Shown here: in pieces, positions 36,133 through 50,490 of the stretch
How positions within the stretch are numbered: the first letter of the stretch is position 1
Layout: the number at the start of each line of letters is the position of its first letter
Source of the DNA: Marsupella aquatica
Lineage: Eukaryota; Plantae; Marchantiophyta
Length of the DNA: 64,000 bases
Assembly: GCA_973895155.1 (NCBI GenBank)
Contig: OZ316899.1
Location: forward strand, 9,422,287-9,486,286
Direction of reading: 5' to 3'
The notes under the pieces: model-generated
Told to the model about the DNA's origin: nothing
Seen by the model: only the letters and a program-made list of their open reading frames with translations
Database searches by the model: none
Position numbers and translations under genes: made by a program

Positions 36133-39100
36133 ATGGATCCTACCGGAACTTCAAAGCGGAAAAGAGACTCGTCTAAAGCTGCTTCTCAAAAGAAAGCCAA
36201 GACAAAAATGACTCCCGCGGAGACATCCATACTTGCATATTGAGGAAAGTCAATCAGAGAGAGAACAACGGAGACAAAGAGTATCCATCTCTTTGATTCG
36301 ACTGAGATATCCGATCTTGGAATAGTCGTTCGCAATGGGGCTGTCCGTCTTGTGGTGGCAAAAAATGATAAAGCTACAGTTTTGGAGAGATCACAAATTC
36401 TTGGGTGTTTCTTTGAGAAGAACATGAAAGTTAAAGAGTGTACAGAGGGATTTGTTCTGCTAGTCAGCGACAACCAGCAGGAGGACAAAATAAGCATTTG
36501 TTTGGATCGAACGCAATATGTAACCTTCAATTAACCCAAAATCGATGATCTTCTAGGTGCAAGGCATGCCTTGGAAAAGGTTACTAGTGTGGGATATCCT
36601 TCCGATCCAGAGGGATCAACGGGAGATTTGATTTGTCAATACATTATTGACGTACTTGAGTTCCAGAGAGTTCCTTTCAACCAGGGATTTTGCTTGGGAA
36701 AGGCCCCCCCAGTGACCAAGGTTGAAGTATACTTGGCGGAGAATCTTTCGAAAGTAATTACCTCAGCGAATGTTGGGGCTCTGTTCGATTCTTTCCTCAA
36801 AGAATATAGTGTTGTGAATATATTTAACAGCAAGTCATTTTTTGTTGAGACATCACGTTGTCATCTTGCACCGGACCACATCAAGTATCGAGAGTGGAAT
36901 CAGGATTACACAGATAGGCTAAAGAATTCACTCCTCTCTCATTCGGCTATAAAGTTTGAAAAGCAATGTTGCTTTTTAGTCCCTGTGAAGTGGGTTCAGT
37001 CGGTGGCCGACAGAGATCCCGACTACAATGGGATGCCCTACGATTCGGCGCCAACCAAGGAGGATATTATGACCAGTCATTTTTGGATACTCAGAGGCCA
37101 GCACACAATAATGGCGTACAAATTGCTGGAAAAGGACGACAAAGTCAGCCAAGTTGTACGAGACGCATGCGGTACTGTAGAAGCTGTAATGTTTTGGGCA
37201 ACCCTCAACAATGACAATAATGTTCATTTGATGGGACTATCAAAGGCTCTATACCACTGTCATCAAACATCAATGGAAGAAGGACAATTTCTCACCATTG
37301 TACGATAGTGTTGTAATATCTGGAACTCATTTGGGTGGCCTGGATCACATTATCGTCATCCAAATTGGAAGGTATATAAATAATCCTCTTCGATCACATT
37401 ATCGTTTAAAATTTTGTCACGCGAACCGGCACGTCAATCTTAGAATTTTTCTCACACGAACGGTCGCGTCAATCTTAGAATTGTCATGTTTCCATTGTTT
37501 TTCAGGTATTTATGAGAGCTATGAGTTTTGTTTGCCCATGGGCTCAAATGGGGAAGAACGAAATGATGAAATTTGGAGAATTGGCTCCGTTTCTCTTTAC
37601 AATGGAGGACAAAAGATTCAAGAAGTGGATGGAGGTCTACGAACTATCAAGGACATGAGAGCTTGTAATTTACAACGGAATTTTACAGAGGGATGCCGTC
37701 AAAATTGCGGATAATCCCTGTGCTTATCATCTTCTGAAGAAGATGTTCCGTTCTTGTCAAGGGTGCTCGGACTCGGTTCTTCGAAAGGCAGCGGAATATA
37801 TGTTGAGCAGAAGACTGTCTATACTCAAAAACCGAAGCATCAAAGTGAAATCTGGGAAGGCGAGGAAGTCCTCTGAGGCTCCGGTGTTGTCAACAACCAG
37901 CATGAGTTTGGACCAATTCTGTATAAAGAAGAAGACAAAAGTTGAGTTTGAGATTTTATTATTGAGTAAACTCAACGGGGATACATCCACCCGGACGGAG
38001 CTGAAAAGTCTGACAGATTTAGCGTGGAAATTGCGGGTCAAAGGAATGATTGATCGCTTTAAGCTCAACAAGATGGTGCTGAAGCAGTTGAGAGATGCGC
38101 TTAGTTGTTATCTGAAGAAGTGCTTAAATGTAAATATTAGTAATGATAATTTATTGAAAGAGATCGACCCAATATTCCATAGGTTGGTGGAAGGAATACA
38201 GAAATCAGTTGATAGTCAAGGAAACCAACTAGTGCGGCCGGTCGGTGAGAGGTTGAAATTGCGATCCCTGCAAGATATACAAAATGCTAGGTTTGCAGAC
38301 TGTATCATACGTGAAGACAAGAACCTTGCAAGCTTGATTTATTTTGATTCCTCATCAATGGGAGATTTGCGTCCGCCAAATTGTTCATTCTATGAGGGGT
38401 TATTTCGTGCTACTAGCAAGATAGGGGCAAAACCACACTATGTGGTTATTATTGTAGCCTCTCCCGTTGAGTCTTATTTAATCAAACGGGAATTAGGGAA
38501 GTACACACACTACGTTGCTGTTGATAGCCATTATATTCAAAAGCGGCCGAAGGAGAAGAAGCTTATTGTAACCTACGCTTTTCACAGCTTGGCCTTTAGC
38601 ACAATGGGCGATCCACAAGCCCTCGAGTTCCAATTGGTCTCCAAATATCGGATTGAGAAGATAGCCAATTTTGAAGAGAGCGGCGAGTACACGACACCTT
38701 CCCCAGAAAAGATACTTCCATTCTTTGAAAGTATTGTTAGTCAATTCGTCCAATGTGGGGAATGGGCTATATGTTTTGGCAAGGGAACCAACTTGATCCA
38801 ATGCTTAATGGTAAGTTTTGAGGTTTATATTTTGGGGTTTCGATTTTAAGATTATTTAGATTTTTATATTCTCAATTAATATTGTGAACTAATTTCGGCT
38901 TTTTTTACAAGATGCTGGATCCAATGTAAAATATTACTGCCCTGTGGCAACGCATAGGGAGTTGTCTTGTTTCTTGCAACACACCACGGCGACAATTGAT
39001 ACAACGCTGTCATTGATTGACCCAGTACGGGCTAGTATAGAAAAATGTATAGATAAATTAATGAAGTACCGTCCATCCGTAACTGCTCTCAGGGCTGATG

Positions 39101-39232
39101 TTTTGGATGTCCTCCACAAACAACATATCCCTGATAATATTTGCAATCAATTATTGCAAGAGTATGCCCTCTCTGGAGATTCCGATCGATTGTACATTCA
39201 ACCAACGGAGTACCCTCGTGGGCCAATCCAAG
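36133..39232 (+). pseudogene. ParB-like + degenerate MTase-like fusion, copy B (most divergent)
   Basis: IKYREWNQDYTDRLKNSL...HFWILRGQHTIMAY (GQH variant at ~37081-37110). Later ASLIYFDSSS and PEKILPFFESIVSQFVQCGEWAICFGKG resemble beta-class MTase motifs IV and X-I. Confidence 0.5.
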
Positions 39233-39360
39233 GTAGGTTACTTTTGAACCCTCTTACTTTTTCTTGCGTCACGCGAACATGCGCGTGGACATTCTTAACA
39301 TTTCTTTTCATGCGAATATGCGCGTAAGTCATTCTTATCTAATGATCTGATTTTATTCAG

Positions 39361-41050
39361 ATCAAGTCGACTGCGGCTTCAATGTTGAGGATGCAAGGAG
39401 CAATGGTGATGCGGATGGTGAGGGGGAAGGTGACGCAGAAGGTGACGCGGATGGAGATGTCAATGACCAAGATCCAGAGTGGATGACCGATACGCAGAAC
39501 GACGTCTGAGATTCCGACAATAGCGAGGAAAAGAGTGACGGAGAGGAGATGAAGGACGCTGAGGACACTGATGAAGAGGACGAGGAGATGGAGGGTTCTG
39601 AGGACGTTGAGGACTTTGATGAAGAGGCCACACAGGAGCCTTGACATGAGGCGGATCGAGAGGAGGTGGCCCGGCAGGAGGACACCCGGCAGGAGGCGGC
39701 CCGGCAAGAGGAGCTTCAAAAGAAGGAGGCGGCCCGGCAGGAGGCGGCCCGACAAGAGGAGCTTCAAAAGAAGGAGGCGACCCGGTAGGAGGAGGCCTGA
39801 CAAGAGGCATCCCGACAAGAGGCGGCCCGACAAGAGGCGGCCCGACAGAGGAGCTTCAAAAGAAGGAGGCTAAGAAGCAAAAGACGGCAGCTAGAAAAGC
39901 AACTGCCGCGAAGAAGAAGGAAAAAGCCGACGCTAAGAAAGCCTAGGCGAAGAAAGCCCAGACGGAGAAAGCCCAGGCTGAGAAAGCCTAAGCTGAGAAA
40001 GCGGAGGCTGAGAAAGCGGAGGCTGAGAAAGTGGAGGCTGAGAAAGCGGAGGCTGAGAAAGCCTAGGCTGATAAAGCCCAGGCTGAGAAAGCCTAGGCTG
40101 ATAAAGCCCAGGCTGATAAAGCCCAGGCTGAGAAAGCGGAGGCTGCGAGAGTCCTTTTAGTGACAGAGGCAAATAGGGCCAAGGCGGAGAGTGTGGCGGC
40201 TGAGAGGCTGCAGGCCGAGAGGATGGCGGACGAGATCAAACAGACCGCAAGACCGGAGAGGGTGGAGGCGGAAAAGGTTGATTCTGCAAGACTGGAGAGA
40301 GAAGAAGCCGCAAGACTGGAGAGGGTGGAGGCGGAGAAGGTGGAGGCAGCGAGGAAGGAGGCCGAGAGGGCCAAGGATCTTTTGCTTATTCCTGAGGCAC
40401 AACGTCTACCAAAAATACAGCTGAATTTGAAGAAGCCTTCTTCACCCTCAATTGCAGTTAAGAAGAAAATATTAGACTATTTTCTTCGCCCGGAGTTTGA
40501 ATTTAACGATCCACCCTTAAGTACGGTCTCGTTGGATGATTGGAATAAATATTCACCGGAGCAGCTCCGAGTCCAGGCTGTCTTGGCTTTGCAATATTGG
40601 AAGGGTCTTTTGATTACCAAGGAGAAGACTGCCACTGCATCCAGAATGGAGACAATCATCAATAATGTCCGCTTTTCCGAGAATCGAGTGCAAGACCTAG
40701 GAACGTCTTTGGCACCAGACTCGGCTCAAGTTGTTAAGAGACTAACAACTGACTTGACGCGACCGGGTTCGTGGTCTCGACCCCAATATACTGCAGAGGT
40801 CACTCGCACAGAAATTGTGGCACCGGATATTTTGGAATCAGATTCCCAGATTGTGGAATATTTAAATCAAATGCCACAACCATTCGAAGGTCTTCCCGCT
40901 TCATCGCTCCAACCTTCGCAAACTGGTCCGGTGGAGCGATCACTGCCGTCTCGAGGAGGGCTGAAGGATGTTGTTGCGAAGGAGGCACCCAAGAGATCAG
41001 CTGCGAAAAGGCCGGATCCACCCAATCCAAAGGTCATTCGCAAGCTATAA
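39361..41050 (+). pseudogene. Acidic + repetitive helical linker exon(s) (EAARQE and AEKAE/Q repeats)
   Basis: D/E/G-rich 39380-39660; gaggcggcccggcaggag repeats 39665-39850; 15-bp gctgagaaagcggag repeats 39960-40145 with scattered premature stops. Confidence 0.6.
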
Positions 41051-41183
41051 GCTTAAAGTTTCTATTATAGCCATCATTATTTTATTATTGATTTGTTATT
41101 GTTTATGTTTTCTGGGGTAGAACCCTTAGGCTACAACCTCAGTACGTTATTTGAAGGCGTACTGAAATCTCTGTTTTTTGCAG

Positions 41184-41705
41184 TTTTTTGAAATTTTGGC
41201 TAGTCGAATAGATCAATGCCTTGATCCTTCTAAGGATATGGAAGAGCTATTGACCAAGTTCTTACAACACTCGATCAAGAGGAAACATATGATGTGTCTG
41301 AGACCGCGCGAGTTTCTCACCGATGATATAATTAACGCTTATTTGAGTTTTCTCGAACTGATTCTCGATAGAGTTGGAAAGTCAGACCTTGTCAAATTCT
41401 TCCAAACACACCATTTTGAGCTTCTCTCCATGGATCCTACCATTTTCGATGAGGAGAGAGCAGCTTGGACAAAAGAGTTTTCGTTATCAGTGAATACAAC
41501 AAACTGGTCTTTCCAGTACACAATGCTGTGAAAGAACATTGGTGATTGGTAGTTGTGTATCCGAAGGAGAAACGGCTCGAGTACCTAGATTCTCTAGTTC
41601 ATAATTGACAAAATCCTGGGGTGCTAGATATTGTTGGGAAGTATTACGCAGACAAAATTGGCTGGAGAACTGGTGTCAACTTGGATCTCTCAGGTTGGGA
41701 ATGAT
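41184..41705 (+). pseudogene. Ulp1-like protease, copy B (catalytic Cys segment not found)
   Basis: CLRPREFLTDDIINAYL, KLVFPVHN..KEHW*LVVVYP.EKRLEYLDSL. Confidence 0.8.
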
Positions 41706-41904
41706 ATATCGGAATGATATTATGTTTTACAGAAGCCTATCCTGAAACCCCCTGATCGAGTATTGAAGGCACCAGTCCGGAAGTCCGGTGATCGTCCGAA
41801 GGCGGGAAACAAACAGACCATTCTAGTACGTTCTCCAAACCCTGCGGCACAAAAATCACAGGTACAGATGGCGCCTAATCCATCGGCAAAGAAGTCACCG
41901 GTTT

Positions 41905-42637
41905 AGAAGAGACTTGTAATTTTTGATCTGAATCGGGTACTTATCTGGTCAGAGAAGATCAACCCTGGGATGCCCATTTGGTCAAGGGGTGTGAGACAGA
42001 TGCACAAGGTTATCTATCCAAGGCCTGATTTAATGGAATTTCTTGAGAAGTGGCAGATCTATACGACATTGCGATCTGGTCGTGCATGTTCAAACAGAAT
42101 ATTCTATCTTATGTAAGGCTGATACTTCAACCCAAAGTTTTGAAATGTATTAAATTTATATGGGGACAAAAATCAACTCGACCTATTGGGAAGAATAATA
42201 ATGACATCCCCTTATTTGTCAAATGTCTCTCTGACATTGCCGCCGATATTAAAGATTACAACATCGAGAATGTCATTCTTATCGATGATGCTGCATATAA
42301 GACGAGCCTTAATAACTTCTATTCATCGTTGTATCTCGATGCATATTCTGGGCTCAATGATGACCTATTTTTTAGAAAGAAACTATATCCATATCTATGC
42401 GACATGTCAATTGACAAGTTGACATTCCGTGAGCTCCTTAGTGGATATGGGATTCCAACGTTCTCTCAAGAAAATCTTGAGAGAGATTATAGTGATAAGA
42501 CGAATCTTTGGAGGAGAAATGTGATCATTTGTAATCAGGGGAATAAAGACCATTTAGAAAAGTTTGACGAATATATGAAATACTTATCTGCCGAAAAAGA
42601 CCGTGCTATAGAAGCCCGGGATAAGTCTGATAAGTAA
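41905..42637 (+). pseudogene. FCP1/NIF-like HAD phosphatase domain 1
   Basis: KRLVIFDLNRVL...YPRPDLMEFL (frameshift) YDIAIWS...FIWGQ...ENVILIDDAAYK. Confidence 0.8.
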
Positions 42638-42768
42638 ACGTTCATTGTTTATTATCAATTATTATTTATAAATTGATTGAAATTGAACTTTATATTTTGG
42701 GAGTGACGCGCCCGGTCGCGTGGTTGTTTGCAATTGCATAATATGAGAATCAAATTGTTCATTTACAG

Positions 42769-43182
42769 GTGTCTAAGTGGAGCAGGTCGCGTCAACTTCT
42801 AGTTTTAGGACTGGAAAACTTCCTATGCTCTGTTTCAAAATATACTCCTCAGCTCAAGTTGACACCCGGAATTCGTATCGGATCTCTATGTGTCGTTCCG
42901 AGGCCGCATCTTCATGATCTTATAAAATTCTGTTATGATCATTTTGATGTGATGGTCTGGTCTATTCTCGACGATAAACTGGTTTATCAGATACTTTTAG
43001 AAGTGTTGTCAAGCACCAACCTGTCGCAGCTGATATATGTGTTCACGCGGGATCATTGCTGGAATCTTGATTATGTGAAGAAAAATTATAAGACTGTTGT
43101 CTTCAAATCTATCGAGAGACTATGTGATATGTTTCAAGATTATCGACCAGAGAATATAATCCAGATTGATGCCTGTCCTTCC
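42769..43182 (+). pseudogene. FCP1-like domain 2, 5' part (split by the CACTA element)
   Basis: LLVLGLENFL, VVPRPHL..LIKFC..HFDVMVWS, RPENIIQIDACPS; continues in frame after the second TSD (53758-53760). Confidence 0.8.
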
Positions 43183-43727
43183 CACAACTAGATTTTGTTG
43201 CGTCGGATGCTAACAATACCTCCTCATAATCGTCGTTAATATAATTAACGACTTCCATGACTACGTTTATAACTACGTCCGATGTAACGGCAACGTCGGA
43301 GAAATCTAAGCGCCGATTGCCCCCATTTTAACGTCGCTGGAAACACGTTTAAAATTAACGTCTTTGGATGAGCTGTCCTAAACGTTGTTTTGGTCGTCGT
43401 TCAATATTAACGTCGTATTAGAGGACGTAATGTGTTTAGGGTATAACGACGTCAATGTTTATGTCGTGGAGGGAGCCGTTAAAGTGGTAACGTTGCTCTG
43501 TAGGACATTCCAATTGAATCAAGCCATGTTAGACGTTGAGTACATTGGTGTGGACGACTTGAATGAGGAGTAGTCCATGCTGACTCGAGTATAGCTTGGG
43601 TTTTCTACGGGAGGATTTTGGTTTAAGAGTGCTGAGACCAAAGTAGGCTTGCGTTTGTGATTTTTGGAGAATGCACTCTTCCTGAGTACAGAGAAATTGC
43701 AGCGTGGGATAGACTCAGTATTCAATC

Positions 43728-44288
43728 ATGGTGCGCAAGTTCTTCAAGGATGTGCATTGTTGCTTCCTTCCACTTGGTGAAGAGGACAAGACTATCCGTG
43801 GGTTCTTTTGTCGGGGAGGCGTTATTGAGAAGTTGTGTACCTCAGAAACAGACTACTTGTTGGCCTATACGTGGAAAGAAGTTGTTGAGCACTTCAGTGA
43901 CTACCATGGATTGATCGAGCACTTTGCAGAGACAGTTTATTTCATTTCTATCCATTGGGTAGAGTGCTCAATTCTGGCCAACAAATAGTTGGATCCAGGA
44001 GACTTCCTGCTGCATCTAGGTGATGATCAGATGTTGGATGAGGCGCCCAACCCAGATGATGGGGAGGCATATCCACCTACATTGCCCAAATGTGAGCTGT
44101 CTCTGACTGAGCTTCACATTGTCTTGTATGATTACAAGGAAAGTTGTGCAACTGAGGTTGAGGCTGAAAGGCTAAAGGCTGGGGAAGAGGTCGTCCGGAA
44201 GAAATGGAACCAGAGGCAGAGGCGTGATTCTTACAAAAGAAGGAAGGCAGATGAGGAGTACTACTGGTCTGGTGAAGGAACTCCTTAA
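43728..44288 (+). pseudogene. Unknown cargo ORF in the CACTA element (one internal stop)
   Basis: Two in-frame ORFs (43728-43988 and 43989-44288) separated by a single TAG; no family recognised. Confidence 0.3.
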
Positions 44289-44803
44289 GTAGCAACAATC
44301 TGGATGTCAATGGATGAGGCAGTTTAGTGATTTGGCTAGGTTATAGTCGCTTTGTGGTGGACATGCAATGTGCTTTGTAGGACCTTTGTATCTCTATATC
44401 ATACTGAATCTGAATAAAGACTCCCTCATGTTTTTCATTTTGAATGCATGTGCCAATTAATGTCACCACTGTCATTAACGTCGCGCGGATATAGTAACGT
44501 TGCAATACACGACGTCTTTGGTTTAATATGTACCCTAAAATGACGTAAGTTAGTTTAACGTCATTTTAAGTGGAGAATCAACGTCGTGTGGAGTAACGTA
44601 AACTGGGTCGTGGCTAAATTAACGTCGTTGAAGGCTCAATAAAAAGACATTAATTGGAATTAACGTCTGGCTGGTACGACGTAGTTTGAAGATACATTGG
44701 TCTACCGAACGTAATAGTCATACAACGACGTTACCCACAGATGCTACAAACCCACATGAAGGTGGCCATAACAAATATATACATGCACTGAATACATTTA
44801 TGG

Positions 44804-47800
44804 TCATGGATCCATATCATCTACAATAACTGAAGCCATCAAACCCTTCCTCCGTCGTGGGAAGATGGGAATGACGATGGACCATCCTCTCATAGTGTGC
44901 ATCGGAACCATAATACACTGATCCACCTGGCTAGGAAATACTATAGTGTCACTAACCTCAGTCCCGGATGGTGCTACACGAGTCGTGTCTACCCGATAGA
45001 ACCCACACTCATCTTTCACCATGGTGGCTCTATGTGGAGGTGACATGGTGGATTTGTGCCACCGCACCTCTAACACAATAGTAGTAAATGACCCAAAGTG
45101 AACGTCTAAAATATCCAATATAGTGCCACAATAGGGAATCTCAACATCACCTGGGTCTGTCAACATGAACACTCCTGAGTTACATGTACTCTTCTTCATG
45201 TGATCTGTCCTCCAAGTGTGAAAGTGGTGCCCTGACTCATACATGTGTGTATGGGTCGTTGCCCACAACCCTGGTCCCCTAATGATATTCTGTACATCAA
45301 TGGGAATGGATAAGGGTCCATGCTCTGCAAGGAGCCTATCCATGCGCTCCAATGCCCATACGCAAAATAATGCATACCGTCGTGCAACTATCGGTTGCTG
45401 CTCCAAGAATGCACTGCAAAAAATGTATGAATCCATGAGAATATTGCGACCTCATCCACAGAAGTGCTCCTTGAACCCACTCTAACTTCTACACACATAG
45501 AATGTAGAACAACATCTACTGTTAGATTAACATATATATAGAGTTGCATATATGTACCTATGCAACTCCCTCCACTGAGACATCTCTGGGCGATTTCCCA
45601 ACACATAATTGTGGATCTATAGGCGAAGTATGTCGTCATGTAGTGAACGCTTTTTTGATGCACCCATCAAACGCAACCCACCATTGTCATCATCTTGTGC
45701 CTCTTCCCAAGCTGTGGGAGCTTCTGTGTCCAAACTCCCTATCATCCCTCCGGAATAAAAGAGGCACTCCGACATGATATACCCCGTTGCCATACTTCCC
45801 TCTAGTCGAGCTGGTTGACGCACCATGGACTTGAGCACTTTCATGAAGCGCTCTACCCAATACATCCAACGTGCATGGACAGGACCAGCAACCGCGACCT
45901 CATCCACCAAGTGACATAGTAAATGCAATTGCATGTCAAATATGCATGGGGGAAACACCTTCTCCATATTGCACATCACGCGAGCTGACCTCTCCCTCAT
46001 CAAAGGAATCTCAGACTCCTTTATTTCCTTAGCGCATACCCACCTATGTTCCTCCTCAAAACCATCAAAGATTTTGTATATCAGATCCACATAGGGCCAT
46101 AGAAAAATGAGTTTGAAATACTTGTTGAATTACATGGCTCCTCCAGCGGTAACAAGAACTTGCAAGAGAGCAATGGAAGGGAGGGTACGTTATCATACCT
46201 AAAAATGGAGCACATCTCATATATAGTCAGACGGAGTAAACGACGCTCCCGGGAATCATCACAACAACGCAAGACTGCTGGTAGCACATGTTGTATCAAC
46301 TTGTGATAATCATGAGACTTCAACCCTATTGGGGGTATGTGATCATTCCTTGTAGTGCACCCACGAAAACCAGCTCCGTAATGGCTAGGGAACTTCATCT
46401 TGCTTATCATCCCATTCATGTCCTTCAAAACCTCTCTTGGCAAAATCCAAGGACCAGGAGGTTTCTCCCCAGTACGTGTTATCCAACAACTCTTCACTAC
46501 TCCAACCCTCTCAGCATCCTCTCGGACTCCACGAGTGTCATTCGTCCCATAAATGTGCTTCACCAAGTTCTTAGCAACATTCACTTCAATGTGCATGGGG
46601 TCCAACAACCATCGAACCTGGAGTCTCTAGAAATTGAAATAACATATTGAATCAGTTGCAATCTCTAAATTAAGCATTTTATTGGTCTAATTTGCTGTAA
46701 AGGAACCATGCACTTCTATCACTTACCCTCCAATAAGGCAGTCCCACATAGCTGAGCATCGGTTTACTCCACAATCCTTGGGTTTCAGTAACTTTGCTTC
46801 CACCTTCTCTGCCATTTGAATTTGTCCTTCAGCTGAAGGGCCATTAGGACATGGCCGCACTTCAGTCTCTGCCCAATGTGTTGTGTTTTGTTGCAAGTGG
46901 TCATCCATTGCCAACCGAACCCTACTGCCCTCATATGTGGTTTTGTGTAGTAGTCTTGAGTACCTCCCACGCAACTTTGGGCCACATGAAGGGCAAGCTG
47001 AAAAACCTGCCACCTTCAGGCCAGATATTGTCCCCATACCTGCCATTTCATTGAACCATGTTCAGACCACAAATAACCCCAACACTTGCATTGTACATGA
47101 CATTGTGCAAACAATAGTCATTGGGTTGCCCAATGAATTACCTAGACCATCTGTGGTGCAATGAGTGATCATCACCCTCATATTGAAGGTCCTGCCATTG
47201 CCTGCTTCACGAGTGACATCTGTTGTCACTGCTCCAACCTCCCATAGATTATGTAGCTCTTCATAAGCTGGAGCCAAACAGATATCAGGATTCTTACAGG
47301 CCTTGGGTCCATGAATTATAGCTAATAGAAGCACATGACCCTTCTTCATTGCCAACCATGGAGGGATGTTTTGATTTATCAAAAGAACAGGCCAGATGGA
47401 CTTAGGCTTCCGTCGTTGTTTATATGGGTTCACTCCATCGATTGCCAACCCCAAACAAACATTTCTTGGCTCCTGGGCAAAATTTGGCCAAGTGGCATCA
47501 ATGTGCTTCCACACTGGACTATCTTGGTGGTATTGCATTATCCCTGGTGGGGATTTGTTCTCCACATGCCAAGTCTATAGTGTGGATAAGTGCTTTCGTC
47601 GGTAGAGATGCTGAAGTCGAGGAGTGATTGGGAAATAACAAAAAACCTGCCAGATCCAATGTAACGTCATCAATTTGACGACAATCACACTAAACGTCCT
47701 TCCACACTACGTATTATTAAAACTAACATTGTGGAGGACGACGTTTCTTACATACGATGTACCATGCGACGTTAGTTATTGCATCCCATACGACGTAAAA

Positions 47801-48753
47801 ACAAAAAAAGTCAGGTGGAAAGACATAAAGTGAGATGGACGACGTAAAGTAATCAATTACATAGTCATGTACGACGTTGTTGGAAAGAATGCAACGTTAA
47901 AATTTGGACTTTCTTGTTCTCACATTGCGTTGAGGAAAACATTACCTTTTCTGCAATCTTGTCTCCAATGGTGTCTGGTCGATACCGTGGAAGCCTACAG
48001 TGCTCCTCTGGGCAGTGAGTCTGATCCTTGTACACCCCTCTATACAAGATGCACCCACCTGGGCACATGTGGATAGTCTCTAAAGCCAATCCAATTGAGG
48101 CTAACAACTTCTTAGCCTCCCTCACACATCCAGGGAGAGTGTTTGGTTGGGGCAAGAGTTTTCCGTGGAACAATTGGAAGAGTGCATCTGTATGGACATC
48201 CGAACCATTGAAAACTCCTTGCAAATTCAACATCAACAAAGTTGCACCCAACCTGGATTTGCAAAACCACAAACACCAAACTTTTGCAGTTAGTCCAAGT
48301 AGCTAGATGGCATGCCTGGCACTACAACTTAGACTGCCCAATATTCACTGGATGAAATTCCAGAGTTGTGATAATTTTAGGACAACCTTACCGTGAGGAT
48401 GGAGATCCCTCAAATAGTGGTGTTCTGGCTTCAGTCTCCAAGTGATCCCAATCTTCTTGATCCACTTCCATGATAGGGTGCTCGGCGTCAGGTGCATGAG
48501 GTCCAAAGTGAACATCAACAAGGTGGGCAAAGGCATCTTCTTCAAGGATAGGGTCATCTCCCTCATCTCCCTCATCGTCAACATCATCATCCAACTCTCC
48601 ATCATCATCCAACTCTCCATCATATGCATCATGGTACTCCTCATCCTCATCGTCCATCTCATCATGGTCAAGGGGCTGACCCTCAGCATCCTCCTCGTCT
48701 GAGAAATGTAAGGTGGCACGTACGTGAAAGGCACGGGCTGATGTAGTCATCAT
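44804..48753 (-). pseudogene. CACTA TnpD-like transposase (Transposase_21, DUF4218, DUF4216)
   Basis: IHMCPGGCILY; DSPVWKHID..WPNFAQEPRNVCLGLAIDGVNP; LDPMHIEVNV; GLKSHDYH; HLVDEV..AGPVHARWMYWVERFMKVLK; YCGTI..I...DECGFYRV. Confidence 0.95.
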
Positions 48754-48922
48754 TGATGGGTGAGGTGTGGGAGTAATATGTACACCATCCTAGAGTTTTC
48801 AATATGCAATGACAAATCACAATTAGAGAAAGGGTTTCCGTGATAAAGCTTACAGTGAAACATCAATAATGAAAAATGCAAGGGTCACCCCATAATGAAT
48901 ATGTCATGTACACATGTAAACA

Positions 48923-50490
48923 TCAATGCCAATCATAATCTACGAGAATCTCTTCCCCTGCTCTAATGGTGCGGGTAGCATGTGTCAAGATGTAATGCGT
49001 GCATGCTACAGGCAAACGAGGGTGACTCTGGTCATGGAACTCGTGCCACTCAGCGTTTGGCCTAAACCCTGAACGCCGAGAACCAATAGTGTTGTTGATG
49101 TAACCTGCCAAGTTCCCCGTACGAGGTGGGTAACCATCAATCTGAGCATACCTAGGGTCCAACTTTAGTGACATGCCATATCGACTAAAGGTTGGGCACT
49201 GTCGGGACAAGATGCGCCATCTCGCCGCCGAATACTTGGGCCCATAGAATGGAAACAACTGAGGCAAATCATCGGGTGCACAACCGGTAGGGACCACGAT
49301 ATCCACAAGAGCAAATACTCCAAGTCCTACATGAGTCCCCAATGTGGAGGGGAGGATGACCCATGGGCGGTCCCAAACTATAATAGGCTCCCGAAGCGGG
49401 AGGTCCATAGGGAGTCCAAACTGGGTTGGGAAGGAGTCCTTTAAGATGTCCAAGGCTCTCCCTCGCAACTATCTTGGTGCCCGGGACACCGATGCATCAA
49501 GAAAAGGGCATCGGGGCGGAACAATCCTAGGTGGACGGGACTCAATCGATCGGGGCCTAGTGGTCACCACTACTCCCCTCTCAATAGGGTGCATCCTAAA
49601 CACTCTCCTCCTCCTCCGAAATACATGGTCTATCTCCCTCAATGTGGCTGGCAAATCGGATGGATGGACGAGTGGTGCGAGTGCACGATATGCAATGTCT
49701 CTCAAGCGGTCCACAGGCGAAGATCGCACTACAATAGGAATCTGTTCCACATGTTCACCAAAACAAGTTCAGAATATGACAATCAAAAAACAATTCAAGG
49801 AAGGAGATGTTATCATAATTGCAATACCCAACAAAATTGTATTACCTCTCGGGTCGGGGGGGTGTAACGACCATGGATCCCTAAATGGCTAAGGACAGTG
49901 GTCCTCTCGTGTAAGACAACACCCTTGCATCGTCTGCAAGGGCAAGGCATCTTGCGAACTGGTCCAATCCCTTGAGGAGTAGCCATGGCCTCTCCAAATC
50001 CATCAGCATGATGGGGGCTCCGGCCTCTCCTACCCTCGGAACGATGTCTGCATCGACGACGCCTGGATCGGTGACGCCTAGATCAATCATACATGTTTGG
50101 TGAGTAATCTCTCTCCCGGTCCGACAGGTCGTCCCTCCCCCTATGATGATGGTCATCTCTGCGTCGGGTGTAAGTAACCCCACCATGGTCCTCATAGGAT
50201 GAGTCATCCCTCCTCCTCCCTCCCTTGTCATCCCTCCTCCTCCGCCGCTCGTCATTGCTCCTATAGCCCGATGAAGCTGAACTCCCCCTATGCCGATGAT
50301 GGTGTCTATGTCGGTGAGAACTACCGCCATGCTCATTGTCATCATCACACGAGTCATCCCTTCGCCTATCCGACTCATCATACGTCCCCCTATGATGATG
50401 ATGGTATCTGTGCCGATGATGCCTGCCCCCATCATGGTCCGATGCATAGGTTGCCATGTCCCCTGTGATCAAATTTACAAAGGCCCCCAC
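48923..50490 (-). pseudogene. SET-domain (lysine methyltransferase-like) cargo gene with His/Arg/Asp-rich N-terminus; SET domain at 48923-49360
   Basis: GLGVFALVDI, FPFYG, IDG..GNLAGYINN, PNAEW and HATRTIRAGEEILVDY. In-frame stops upstream at 49469 and 49881. Confidence 0.85.

Noticed and set aside
39357-40402. Pro/Leu/Arg-rich ORFs in the ORF track
   Set aside because: Shadow frames of the EAARQE and AEKAE repeats.
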